The notes under the pieces: model-generated
Databases searched by the model: none
The model's input: the letters and a program-made list of their open reading frames with translations, nothing else
What the model was told of the DNA's origin: nothing
Part shown: piece after piece, positions 10,431 to 20,361 of the stretch
How the letters are laid out: the number at the start of each line of letters is the position of its first letter
Numbering within the stretch: the stretch's first letter is position 1
Program-made: the position numbers and the translations under genes
Origin: Alphaproteobacteria bacterium
GTDB lineage: Bacteria; Pseudomonadota; Alphaproteobacteria; Bin95
DNA: 64,000 nucleotides
Assembly (NCBI GenBank): GCA_965205265.1
Contig: CBDBGH010000003.1
Coordinates: forward strand, 1,952,001 to 2,016,000
Reading direction: 5' to 3'

Positions 10431-11960
10431 TCAGGGGTCCGGCTGCTCCGCCTCCAGATCGCGGAGTTCGGTTTTCACCACCTTGCCGTAATTGTTCTTC
10501 GGCAGCGCCTCGACGAAGCGGTAGGCCTTGGGCCGCTTGAAGCGGGCCATGCTGTCGAGGCAGTGGCGGTCGAGCGCGTCGGGCGCCGGGCTCTCGCCGG
10601 CGGCGACGACATAGGCGATGACATTCTCGCCCCATTCCGGGTCCGGCCGGCCGATCACCGCCACCTCGCTCACCCCCGCATGGGTCAGCAGCACCTCCTC
10701 GATCTCGCGCGGATAGATGTTGGTGCCGCCCGAGATAATCATGTCCTTCGAGCGGTCCTTGAGCGTCACATAGCCTTCCTCGTCGATGATTCCGACATCG
10801 CCGGTATGGAGCCAGCCACCCCTGAGCGCCTCCGCCGTGGCATCCGGGTTGTTCCAGTAGCCGTTCATCACGACCTCGCCGCGCACCTGTATCTCGCCGA
10901 TCTCGCCCGGCGGCAGGGCGCGTTCGTCCCGGTCGGCGATGCGGACCTCGACATTGGAGAAGGCCCGCCCGGCAGACGCCAGCCGCTGCTCGTAGCGGGG
11001 ATGGTCCACCTCCGCGATCTCCTCGCGGCGCAGGCTCGTGATCGTCATCGGGCACTCGCCCTGGCCGTAGATCTGGATAAGCTTCGGCCCCCAGAGCTCG
11101 AAGGCGCGCTTGGCGTCGGCCACATACATCGGCCCGCCGCCATATACGATCGAGCGCAGATTGGCGACATCCGCGCTCTCCGCCGCCGGGTGGTCGATCA
11201 GGCGCTTCACCATGGTCGGCGCCGCGAAGAAGCTGCTGCCCCTGTAATGCCGGATCAGCGCGAAGATCTCTTCCGGGTCGAACCCGCCCTCCGTCATCAC
11301 CTGGGGGCTGGCGCGGACGACGTAGGGAATGCTGTAGCAGCCGGAAGCGTGGCTGAGCGGCGCGGGATGCAGCACCGCATCGCCCTCCGCGATCTCGTCC
11401 ACATCCGAGAAGTAGCCGAGCGTGCAGTGCATCAGGTTCCGGTGCGAAAGCGCGGCGCCCTTGGGCCGGCCGGTCGTGCCGCTGGTGTAGAACAGCCAGG
11501 CGTTGTCCGTCGGCGCGACATCGGCGAGCCCGATCCGCTCGCCTTCGTAAAGCGCCCGAAAACCGGCGTCTCCGACCACGAGCATGCGTTCGACCTCGGG
11601 CAGGTCATCGCAGACCGGGGCCAGAGCGTCCGCCAGGTCCGGCGTGACGGCCACGGTCCGCGCGCCGGAGTTCCCGAAGATATAGGCGAACTCGACCGGA
11701 TGCAGGCGGGCGTTGACGGGCACGGCGCAGAGGCCCGCATGCCATATGCCGTAGAGCAACTCGATATATTCCGGGCAATTCTTCATCGCGATGGCGACAC
11801 GGTCGCCCGGCCGGAGGCCGGACGCCCGGAGCGAGCCCGCGATGGCAGCGGATCGGCCGGCAAGCGTGCGGTAGTCGGAATGGGGCTCGAAGGCATGCGC
11901 CAGCGCAAGGCTGTCGGGCCTGGCGCGGGCGGCGCGGATCAACAGGGCGGCCAGGTTCAT
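10431..11960 (-). CDS. acyl-CoA synthetase (AMP-binding)
   Basis: FYTSGTTGRPKG, IYGQGE, WLHTGD, DRSKDMIISGGTNIYPREIE, LPKNNYGK. Confidence 0.93.
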   Translation of the reverse strand: MNLAALLIRAARARPDSLALAHAFEPHSDYRTLAGRSAAIAGSLRASGLRPGDRVAIAMKNCPEYIELLYGIWHAGLCAVPVNARLHPVEFAYIFGNSGARTVAVTPDLADALAPVCDDLPEVERMLVVGDAGFRALYEGERIGLADVAPTDNAWLFYTSGTTGRPKGAALSHRNLMHCTLGYFSDVDEIAEGDAVLHPAPLSHASGCYSIPYVVRASPQVMTEGGFDPEEIFALIRHYRGSSFFAAPTMVKRLIDHPAAESADVANLRSIVYGGGPMYVADAKRAFELWGPKLIQIYGQGECPMTITSLRREEIAEVDHPRYEQRLASAGRAFSNVEVRIADRDERALPPGEIGEIQVRGEVVMNGYWNNPDATAEALRGGWLHTGDVGIIDEEGYVTLKDRSKDMIISGGTNIYPREIEEVLLTHAGVSEVAVIGRPDPEWGENVIAYVVAAGESPAPDALDRHCLDSMARFKRPKAYRFVEALPKNNYGKVVKTELRDLEAEQPDP

Positions 11961-12039
11961 CCTCGATCTCCGGAAAGAGTCTGCGGTAAGTCAAGCAAGC
12001 CTTGCCCTCCCGCCGCAAGCCCCGGCGCGGACACGCGGT

Positions 12040-13239
12040 TCAGCCGCGGCTCACCGCGACATGCGCATCCTTGCGGCGGTCGAGGTCCGGCAGCAGCTCC
12101 GTGCCGAGCCCCGGTCCCTCGGGCGGCAGGATCCAGCCGTTCTCCACGGTCGGGATCGTCGTGACCAGCTCCCGGTACCAGCCGGTGTAGAACGAACGCA
12201 CGGACTCCTGCACCAGCGCGTTCGGCACACTGAGCGATAGGTGGACGCAGGCCATGAAGGCGACCGGGCCCGAGCAGTCGTGCGGGGCGACCGGGCGGTG
12301 ATAGCTGTCCGCCAGCGCCGCGATCTTGCGGGCCTCGGTCAGCCCGCCGCACCAGGAAATGTCGGGCATGGCGATGCCGCAGGCCCCGGTCTCCAGCAGG
12401 TCGCGGAACTCCCACTTGCCGCCGAGCGTCTCGCTGACGCAGATCGGCACGCGGGTCTTGGCCGCGTAGTCCTTGAGCGCGGCGAGGCTGTCCATGCGGA
12501 TCGGGTCCTCGTACCAGAAGGGGTCGAACGGCTCGATGGCGGCCGCGACCCGGACCGCCGCCGGGTGGCGCCAGAGCGAGTGCAGCTCCACCATGATGTC
12601 CATGGCGTCGCCCACCGCGCCGCGTATCTTGCGGAACGGCTCCAGCGCCCGGTCGAGGTCGCGCGCGGAGATGTAATAGCCGTCGGACTCGATCGCCGCA
12701 TGGTCGAACGGCCAGATCTTCATGCCGGTGATGCCCTGCTCCAACAAGCTCAGCGCCAGCTCGTCGGCGCGGTGGAGGAAGGCGTCGAGGTCTTCGTAGG
12801 GGCCTTCGTCCGCGCCCTCCAGCCCCCAGTCGTCCGTGCCCCAGTCCGGGCGGCTGCGCACATAGCGGTAGCCGGCGCAGGTATTGTAGGTGCGGATGCG
12901 GTCCCGGCTGAGGCCGCCGAGAAGCCGGTGGACAGGCTGCCCGGTCGCCTTGCCGAGCAGGTCCCAGAGCGCGATGTCCACAGCCGACCGGCCCCGCGCC
13001 TCGGCCCCAGCGCCTGAGAAGCCGATATAGGGGGTAAGGTCCCGCCCGATGCGCTCGATGGCGCCCGGGTCGCGCCCGAGCAGCTTCGGCGCCGCGGACT
13101 CGTGCAGATAGGCCTCGACCGCGCGGGCCCCGAAAAAGGTCTCGCCGAGGCCCACCGGCCCCTCGTCGGTATGCACCCGCACCCAGAGCACATTGGGGAA
13201 CTCGTCGAGCCTGATGGTTTCGAGCGCCGTGATCTTCAT
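12040..13239 (-). CDS. mandelate racemase/muconate lactonizing enzyme family protein
   Basis: GLGET, SAVDIALWDLLGK, MKIWPFD, DIMVELH, WYEDP, ETL, HDCSGP, PPEGPGLG. Confidence 0.88.
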   Translation of the reverse strand: MKITALETIRLDEFPNVLWVRVHTDEGPVGLGETFFGARAVEAYLHESAAPKLLGRDPGAIERIGRDLTPYIGFSGAGAEARGRSAVDIALWDLLGKATGQPVHRLLGGLSRDRIRTYNTCAGYRYVRSRPDWGTDDWGLEGADEGPYEDLDAFLHRADELALSLLEQGITGMKIWPFDHAAIESDGYYISARDLDRALEPFRKIRGAVGDAMDIMVELHSLWRHPAAVRVAAAIEPFDPFWYEDPIRMDSLAALKDYAAKTRVPICVSETLGGKWEFRDLLETGACGIAMPDISWCGGLTEARKIAALADSYHRPVAPHDCSGPVAFMACVHLSLSVPNALVQESVRSFYTGWYRELVTTIPTVENGWILPPEGPGLGTELLPDLDRRKDAHVAVSRG

Positions 13240-13302
13240 GCGTCGCGTCCTTCCCGTCCCTTCCGCTCTCCTCGCCGGGCACGATAGGGCTATGCTCGGG
13301 CC

Positions 13303-13791
13303 ATGTCAGGGAAAACGCTCATTGTCGTCGATGTGCAGAGCGGCTTCGTCAACGGGCACACCCGCCATATCGTTCCCGCCGTCGAACGGCTGCAGGCGGG
13401 CTATGACCGCATTTACGCCACCCGCTTCGTCAACGCCCCGGCCTCGCCCTGGCGACGGTTCATGGACTGGCGGCGCTTCGCAGAAGGCTCGGCGGATGCG
13501 GAGCTTGCATTCCGGCCTGCGGCGCACGCCGTCATCGTCGAGAAGCATGTCTATAGCTGCGTGAACGACGCGCTCCTCCGCGACCTGCGGGACCGGGGAA
13601 CGACCGAGGTTTCCCTCTGCGGCATCGACACCGACGCCTGCGTGCTGGTCTCGGCGGTCGATCTTTTCCAGAACGGCATCCGCCCGGTCATTCTCGCGGA
13701 CGCCTGCGCCAGCCATGCCGGCCCCGAATATCACGAGGCCGGGCTCCGGCTGCTGGAGCGGCTCGTCGGGAAGCGCCAGATCGTTCGCTGA
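13303..13791 (+). CDS. isochorismatase-family cysteine hydrolase
   Basis: LIVVDVQSGF, VEKHVYS, CGIDTDACV (D-K-C triad), DACAS. Confidence 0.85.
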   Translation: MSGKTLIVVDVQSGFVNGHTRHIVPAVERLQAGYDRIYATRFVNAPASPWRRFMDWRRFAEGSADAELAFRPAAHAVIVEKHVYSCVNDALLRDLRDRGTTEVSLCGIDTDACVLVSAVDLFQNGIRPVILADACASHAGPEYHEAGLRLLERLVGKRQIVR

Positions 13792-15943
13792 CAGGAACGG
13801 ACAGGCGCGTCAGACCCTGCCGGCGCTGGCGATGGCGGCCATGTTGAGCAAGCCGCGCACGGTGACGGCGGGCGTCACGATATGCGCCGCGCCGTCATAG
13901 CCGAGCAGCACCGGGCCGATAGGCTGGGCGTTGCCGAGCGTGGTCAGCGCATTGATGGCGGCATTGGCGGCGTCCATACCCGGAAAGACGAGGATGTTCG
14001 CGCGATCGGTGAGCCTGGCGCCCGGCAGGAAACGGTCCCGCGCCGCCTTGTCGAAGGCGAGATTCAACTGCATTTCGCCCTCGAATTCGAAATCCGCTGC
14101 CGTTTCCGCGAGGATCTCGGTCGCCCGGCGCATCCGGGCCGCGCTCGGGCTGGAATGGGCGCCGAAATTTGCATGGCTCACCAGCGCAACGCGCGGCGTC
14201 AGGCCGAAGGCGCGCACCTGCGCCGCCGCCATGCGGCAGATGCCGGCGATCTGCTCGGCGCCCGGCTCGTAATTCGCATAGCCGTCGGCGATGAAGACCG
14301 TGCCGGCGTCCATGATGAGCGGGACGAGGGTGGAAACCGTCTCCTCGCCGGCGCCGAAAATGCGCGCGATGCGCTCCAGATGGGTCGAGAACTCGCCGCC
14401 CGTGCCGCAGATCATACTGGCTGCGCGGCCCTCGCGGACGAACATCGCCGAGGCCAGCGTATCGCTCGTCCGGAACAGCTTGCGCGCGGCGTCGGGACCG
14501 ATGCCGTCGCGCGCACGGAGGCTGTGGAGCAGCGCACCGTAGTACTCGACCGCCTCCTCGCTTTCATGGTCGAACACCTCGAAGTCGCGGCCGGGCGCGA
14601 TCCCGAGGCCAAGCTCCGCGCAGCGCGCCGCCACCCGCTCGGGCCGCCCGGTCGCCACCGGGACCGCCACCCCTTCGTCCAGCACGTTCCGGATCGCCCG
14701 AAGCACGCGGTCGTCCTCGCCCTCGGCGAACACCACCCTGCGCGGCGCGGCGCGGGCGCTGTCGAAGAGAGGCCGCATCAGGAAGCCGGTGCGGTAAACG
14801 AAGCTGGTGAGCCTGGCGCGGTAAGCCCCGATATCGTCCAGCGGGCGCAAGGCGAGGCCGCTCTTCATCGCCGCCCCGGCGACTGCCGGGGCGATGGCGC
14901 CCAGCAGCCTCGGATCGAACGGCCGGGGCAGGAGGTAGTCGCGGCCGAATTGCAGCCGCCGGTCTCCGTAGGCGCGCGCTACCTCGTCGGTGACGCCCTC
15001 GCGCGCGAGCGCCGCCAGCGCGTGGACGCAGGCGAGTTCCATCCCCCGGTCGATCCCGGTTGCCCCCGCGTCGAGCGCGCCCCGGAAGATGAACGGGAAG
15101 CACAGCACATTGTTGACCTGGTTCGGATAGTCGCTCCGGCCCGTGCAGACGATGGCGTCCGGCCGCGCGGCGTGGACGTCCTCGGGCATGATCTCCGGCG
15201 CCGGGTTGGCCAGCGCCATGACCATCGGCTCGGGGCCCATGCGCCGGACCTGGTCGGCACTCAGCACACCGGGACCGGAGAGTCCGAGGAAGATCTCCGC
15301 GCCGTCGATGACTTCGTCCAGGGTCCGGGCACCGCTCTCCTGGGCGAAGGCGGCCTTGTGCGGCTCGGCGTCGCGGTCCCGGTGGACGAGGCCGTCGATA
15401 TCGACCAGCCACACATTCTCCCGCCTGAGGCCGAGGTCGAGCAGCATGTTGAGGCAGGCGATGCCGGCCGCACCGCCGCCGGTGGAGACCAGCTTGACCC
15501 GCCCCAGCTCCTTGCCGAGCAGGTGCATGCCGTTGACGATGGCGGCGGCCACCACAATGGCGGTGCCGTGCTGGTCGTCGTGGAAGACGGGGATGTTCAT
15601 CTCCGCCTTCAGCCGGTCCTCGACGAGGAAGCAGTCCGGCGCCTTGATATCCTCCAGGTTGATGGCGCCGAAGGTCGGCTCCAGCCGCCGGATCGTATCG
15701 GCCAGCGCGTCCGGATCGCTCTCGTCGATCTCGATGTCGAACACATCGATATCGGCGAACTTCTTGAACAGCACGGCCTTGCCTTCCATGACCGGCTTGG
15801 CGGCGAGCGCCCCGATGCCGCCGAGGCCCAGCACCGCCGAGCCGTTGGTCACCACCGCCACCAGGTTGGACCGCGCGGTATAACGCGCGGCGTCCTCCGG
15901 CCGCTCGGCGACCGCCCTGCTCGCCTCGGCGACGCCCGGCGTG

Positions 15944-15981
15944 TAGGCGAGCGCGAGATCGCGCTGGTTGGCGAGTGGCTT
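15944..15981 (+). repeat. 38-bp target-site duplication, copy 1 (copy 2 at 17898-17935)
   Basis: TAGGCGAGCGCGAGATCGCGCTGGTTGGCGAGTGGCTT is identical on both sides of the IS. Confidence 0.95.
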
Positions 15982-17897
15982 CCTGACTTCGACGGTTGAT
16001 TCGCATAAGTAGTTGATATTGCCTGGTTCTCATTTCGGCTAGGCACTACATCCGGCATTTCTTCGAGCCGTGCTTCGTCGACGGTCAGGCGAGTTGATAC
16101 GGGGTGATCGTCAGGGGCAGCCCCATGGTTGCGTAAATCTGCTCCGCCGCCGGTGTCGGCTTCGAGGGGATGACGTAGCGGTTGCCCGATTGCCGACAGC
16201 GCAGCAGGGAGCACTGGCGGTGGACGAGGGCGGAGCGGATGACCTCCGGGGACATCCGCCGCTTCTGGATGGCGACGCGGTACGCAAGGTGTCGAACGCA
16301 GGCGAAGGCCAGGAAGGCGATGGCGATGTGAGCGCGGATCCGGTCCGGGTTCCAGTGCCAGATGGGACGTATCTTCAGGTCGTGTTTGGTGATCCGGAAG
16401 CTCTCCTCGACCTGCCAGAGCCCCTGGTAGTGAGCCATCACTTCGGTGACGCGCGCGTCGCGCAGATTGGTGATGACGCCGGTGAGCCCGTCCCATCGTG
16501 CGGCCTCGGCGATCTTCTCCGGGTTCACCGTGAGCCGTGCGTCGCCCTCGACGGCGATGAAGCGCTTCGCCCCGTGATTGGAGAGCAGTTCCCTGGGATT
16601 GTCGCTGCGGGCCAGCCTGTCGAGCAGGCGTTCCACCTGATGGCGGCGCTCGTGCGCGTCCTTGCGTGCGCGCTGGGGGCAGAAGACGACGATCAGGCGA
16701 CGGCCCTTGTACTCCCACTCGCCGACCCGGCGGTCCTGTGAGCCCTCCAGCGGGGCATAGGTCCCGGGGTCGAGAACCTGCCCCAGCAGCGCGAGCGGCA
16801 GCTTGCGCAGCCGCGCGCCGACGACATACTCGCCGCCGATGGCGTCCATGGCGTCGAGGTTGTCGGCGCTCAGCATGCCCCGGTCGGCCACGCATACCGT
16901 GCGCTCCACCTGGTGGCGGCGCTGCATGTCCTGCAGGACCGGGACCATGCTGTGTCCCTCGTAGGTGGCGCCGGGGAAGACCTCGTAGCTGATCGGCAGC
17001 CCTTCGCGCGTCACCATCAGCGCCAGCAGAACCTGCGAGTCCTTGTGTTTGCCGTCCTTGCTGAAGCCGTGCTGGCGAAGCTCGTCCTCGGCGGCCGTCT
17101 CGAAGTAGAGCGTGGTGCAATCGAAGAAGAGGATCGCGACCGGCTCCGGCAGCAGCGACCGGCTCGCCTCGCCGACGCGCGTGCGCAGTCGCTCGATCAC
17201 CGTCGCGTCGAGCTGATCCATCATCCGGTAGACCTTCTCGAGCGGAAGACTCACGCCGAAGTCCTCCTCGAGCCGGCGCACGCTGCCCCGCTTGCTGTCG
17301 GGGTTGGCTACCCGCGCCATCACCACATGGAACAGCGCGTCATGGGAGGCCCGGTAGCGCGAGCGCGGCAGCAGCGCGTCGAGGCCCAGCAGCCGGTAGA
17401 TCTCGCCATAGACCTCGTGGATGCCTGTGATCAGGCGCTGCTCCTCTTCAAGCTGCTTGAGGTCGACCGGGAGTTCCTCCTTGCCGTCCCCCCGGCGGCC
17501 GACACGGATCGCCTGCTCAGCGATCTTCTCGGGCGCAAACAATGCCGGCTGACGCTCGTCCTCCAGCTTCGCCTTGACGTACTCGCCGAGCTGCCTCAGG
17601 CGCTCGAGCTCGTCCTCGTCCATGGCCACGCCGACATGGCGGACGATGCGCTGTCGGACCTTGCCGCCGTCGCGCACGGCCTCGACGATCTGGACCGAGC
17701 GTCGCGGGCTGTTGGGGGAGGTCTTGATGCGCACGAACATGGGGGGAGTGTAGCGCGTGGCGGAGGCATTGACAGTCTCAAAGATTTACTAGGCACTACA
17801 ACGCAGCTTGACCGCACCGCAACTGCCAACTCATTGGCTTTACTGAAAACTCCAGACGCGAGATCGGTCAGAAGTCAGCCCAACCGTCGAAGTCAGG
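15982..17897 (-). mobile_element. IS1634-family insertion sequence, 1916 bp, apparently intact
   Basis: Perfect 17-bp terminal IR CCTGACTTCGACGGTTG (15982-15998) / CAACCGTCGAAGTCAGG (17881-17897); 38-bp flanking direct repeat; one transposase ORF. Confidence 0.93.
16085..17740 (-). CDS. IS1634-family DDE transposase
   Basis: N-terminal MFVRIK..VQIVEAVRDGGKVRQRIVRHVG; FFDCTTLYFE, GFSKDGK, VADRGM, LWQVEESFRITKHDL, RIRAHIAIAF. Confidence 0.93.
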   Translation of the reverse strand: MFVRIKTSPNSPRRSVQIVEAVRDGGKVRQRIVRHVGVAMDEDELERLRQLGEYVKAKLEDERQPALFAPEKIAEQAIRVGRRGDGKEELPVDLKQLEEEQRLITGIHEVYGEIYRLLGLDALLPRSRYRASHDALFHVVMARVANPDSKRGSVRRLEEDFGVSLPLEKVYRMMDQLDATVIERLRTRVGEASRSLLPEPVAILFFDCTTLYFETAAEDELRQHGFSKDGKHKDSQVLLALMVTREGLPISYEVFPGATYEGHSMVPVLQDMQRRHQVERTVCVADRGMLSADNLDAMDAIGGEYVVGARLRKLPLALLGQVLDPGTYAPLEGSQDRRVGEWEYKGRRLIVVFCPQRARKDAHERRHQVERLLDRLARSDNPRELLSNHGAKRFIAVEGDARLTVNPEKIAEAARWDGLTGVITNLRDARVTEVMAHYQGLWQVEESFRITKHDLKIRPIWHWNPDRIRAHIAIAFLAFACVRHLAYRVAIQKRRMSPEVIRSALVHRQCSLLRCRQSGNRYVIPSKPTPAAEQIYATMGLPLTITPYQLA

Positions 17898-18079
17898 TAG
17901 GCGAGCGCGAGATCGCGCTGGTTGGCGAGTGGCTTGGTCGCACGGATGGCGAGCTTGCCCGGCCTCCCCGCCTCGTGATAGCGCAGCGCATCCCCGTTCA
18001 TCGCCTGCCTCCCCGCGCAACGGCCGGCCCCTGACAACGGGCAGTTTACATCCAACGACGCAGTCGGATGCCTGGCCCG

Positions 18080-19210
18080 TCAACCGATCCCGAAGCGCAG
18101 CAGCCGGCCTGCCGCAAGCGCGGCCGCCGGGCGGGGGACGGGGCCGGAGGGATCGACCAGCAGGATGTCCGCGCGCATGCCCTCGGCGAGCGCGCCCCGG
18201 TCGTCCAGCCCTGCCGCCCGGGCGGGATTGGCGGAGACCAGCGGCCAGGCCTCCTCCAGCGGCAGGACGCCCTCTTCCGCCAGCCGGAACGGAGCCAGCA
18301 GCAGGGCGGGGTAGTAGTAGTCCGAGGCGAGCACGGTGCAGAGGCCCTTGCGCACCATGTCGGCCGCCCCGGGCGAGCCGGTGTGGCTGCCGCCGCGCAG
18401 CACATTGGGCGCGCCGAACACGACCGCCTCGCCCGCCGCCGCCGCGTCCCGCGCCACCTCCTCCACTTCCGGGAACTCCGAGATGCGCACGCCCAGGCTG
18501 CGGTAGAGGCGGCGGTCCTCCAGCGTTTCCTCGTCATGGGCGAGCCGGACCACGCCCGCTTCTTCGGCCGCCGCCGCGATCCGGCGAAGGGCCGCCGGGA
18601 CTTCGGGCGCGCCTTTCCGCACCTCTTCCAGCAGGCCGCGAAAGGCGTCATGCGAGACCCCCGCGCGGCCTGCATACTGCCCGATCTTCTGCTCGTCGCG
18701 GCAGCACTGCTCGTAGATTTCCTCGAAATGGTCGTTGAAGGCGAGCAGATCGACCTTCCCCGCCCTGAGCCACTGAGAGAGCTCGTCCATGGCGGCCAGG
18801 TTCCAGGTCTCGATGCGCAGATGCAGGCGGGTATCGACGACCAGCCGGCCCTCAAGCGCCTCCAGCGCCGCCATCAGCGCCACCAGCGTGCCGCGCCCGC
18901 GCAGGCCCGGCTCCCAGGACCAGGTGACCGCGTGGAAGGCCGTGGTGATGCCGTTGGCGGCCATCTGCCGGTCGGTGTCGAGCAGCGCCACATCCAACGG
19001 GAAATGCACGCCCGGGCGCGGCATGACCTGACGCTCGAAGGCGTCGCCGTGGATGTCCACGATGCCCGGCAACACCAGCAGCCCGCCGGCGTCCAGAACC
19101 TGCCCGCCCGCGCCGCCGGCGTCAGCGATCTGCCCGTCGGCGACGGCAAGGTCGCGCCGCTCGAAACCGCCTTCCGGCGCCAGCACCCGTCCGCCGGTAA
19201 TCGTCAGCAA
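18080..19210 (-). CDS. phnM: PhnM-like amidohydrolase (alpha-D-ribose 1-methylphosphonate 5-triphosphate diphosphatase family)
   Basis: LPGIVDIHGDAFERQVMPRPG, GITTAFHA, LHLRIE, AFNDH, AHD, SEFP, GAPNVLRGGSH, LASDYY. TTG start overlaps the upstream LLM stop. Confidence 0.85.
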   Translation of the reverse strand: MLTITGGRVLAPEGGFERRDLAVADGQIADAGGAGGQVLDAGGLLVLPGIVDIHGDAFERQVMPRPGVHFPLDVALLDTDRQMAANGITTAFHAVTWSWEPGLRGRGTLVALMAALEALEGRLVVDTRLHLRIETWNLAAMDELSQWLRAGKVDLLAFNDHFEEIYEQCCRDEQKIGQYAGRAGVSHDAFRGLLEEVRKGAPEVPAALRRIAAAAEEAGVVRLAHDEETLEDRRLYRSLGVRISEFPEVEEVARDAAAAGEAVVFGAPNVLRGGSHTGSPGAADMVRKGLCTVLASDYYYPALLLAPFRLAEEGVLPLEEAWPLVSANPARAAGLDDRGALAEGMRADILLVDPSGPVPRPAAALAAGRLLRFGIG

Positions 19211-20073
19211 GCGCCTGCCGCCTCTTTGAAGCGCGCGAGCGCCTGTATGCGCTCCTCCACCGACTCGACCCGGTAGAGCGGGTAGAGCGTCAGCAGGGTC
19301 GCGCCGAGCGCCCGCCAGCCTTCCGCCGCGGCCGCCCATTGCTGCACATCCGGCGAGTCGGCGCGCATCCAGGCGTCGATGCCGAAGGAGGCGGGGTCCC
19401 GCCCTTCCGCTTCCAGCAGGCCGTGCAGGGTCTCGACCAGCCGCCTGCCGCCGTCGTCGGGCCGCGCGATGGGAATCCACCCGTCGCCGATCCGCGCCGC
19501 GCGGCGCAGCACGGCCGGATGCGTGCCGCCGAACCAGACCGGGATCGGGCGCTGCACCGGCAGGGGGTTGAGCCCGGCATCGGCGAAGCCATGCCAGCGG
19601 CCTTCGGCCGTCACCAGCTCCTCGGTCCAGAGCCGGCGCATCAGCGCCACCTGTTCCGCCTGCCGGGCGCCGCGCGTCTCCCAGTCCTCGTTCAGCGCCT
19701 CGTATTCGACGAAGTTCCAGCCCGTGCCGATGCCGAGCCGGAGCCGCCCGCCGGAGAGGATATCCACCTCCGCCGCCTGCTTGGCGACCAGCGCCGTCTG
19801 GCGCTGCGGCAGGATGAGCACGCCGGAGGCGAGCCCGATGCGCTCCGTGCAGGCGGCCAGATAGCCCATGGTGACGAAGGTCTCGTGGAACTGGTCCCGG
19901 TGGGTGTAGGGCGGCTTCCAGCCTTCGCGCGAGGTGGGGTCGGCGCCCAGCACATGGTCCGGCACAGTGATCCAGTCATAACCCAGCTCTTCGGCCGCCT
20001 GCGCCCAGTCGCGTATCGCGGCGAAGTCGGAGCCGAAATCCCTGGTCGGAAAAAAGGCGCAAAGCCCGGCCAT
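19204..20073 (-). CDS. LLM-class (putative F420-dependent) oxidoreductase
   Basis: AEELGYD..VPDHVLG, GVLILPQRQTALVAKQAAEVD, GRLRLGIGTGWN..EY, PIPVWFGG, RAARIGDGW. Confidence 0.88.
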   Translation of the reverse strand: MAGLCAFFPTRDFGSDFAAIRDWAQAAEELGYDWITVPDHVLGADPTSREGWKPPYTHRDQFHETFVTMGYLAACTERIGLASGVLILPQRQTALVAKQAAEVDILSGGRLRLGIGTGWNFVEYEALNEDWETRGARQAEQVALMRRLWTEELVTAEGRWHGFADAGLNPLPVQRPIPVWFGGTHPAVLRRAARIGDGWIPIARPDDGGRRLVETLHGLLEAEGRDPASFGIDAWMRADSPDVQQWAAAAEGWRALGATLLTLYPLYRVESVEERIQALARFKEAAGAC

Positions 20074-20273
20074 CGTTCACTCCCGTCGCTTCGGAGCCGC
20101 CAGTATAGACCGGAGCCGCCGGCACGGCAGGCCGGATAATCCGCCCGACCGCCGTCAGCGCAGGTCCCGCTCCACCATGCGAACAATTTTGGAGATTACA
20201 AAGATAGGTTGACGGGGGAGACCGACGACATTTCTTCCGTCATACCTCAACGCCCCCTCCGTCACGTCCCCTC

Positions 20274-20361
20274 CGTCATACCCGGACTTGTTCCGGGTAT
20301 CTCTCTCCACCGCTGCCACCGGACGGCCGCATGGATACCCGGAACAAGTCCGGGTATGACG
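20274..20361. repeat. CGTC-tagged double-palindrome (REP/REPIN-like) repeat, copy A
   Basis: CGTCATACCCGGACTTGTTCCGGGTATC - spacer - GATACCCGGAACAAGTCCGGGTATGACG (perfect 28-bp IR; each arm is itself a hairpin). Confidence 0.9.

Larger units (their letters stand above)
13810..18001 (-). pseudogene. maeB: NADP-dependent malic enzyme (MaeB with PTA-like domain) interrupted by IS1634 after codon ~35
   Basis: 5' part 18001-17898 MNGDALRYHEAGRPGKLAIRATKPLANQRDLALAY. 3' part 15981-13810 KPLANQRDLALAYTPGVA..KPVMEGKAVLFKKF..NLEDI..HDDQHGTA..RSDYPNQVNN..VVFAEGED. The frame read from the IS end has an in-frame TGA and no start codon. Confidence 0.93.

Noticed and set aside
14564-16033. ORF starting inside the IS end (MRTRQYQLL..) that might rescue maeB
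   Set aside because: Different frame from maeB; the maeB frame has a TGA within the IS end and no start codon.
20230-20361. Repeated CCGTCA units as a possible CRISPR array
   Set aside because: Short, irregularly spaced, part of the palindromic repeat; no cas genes.
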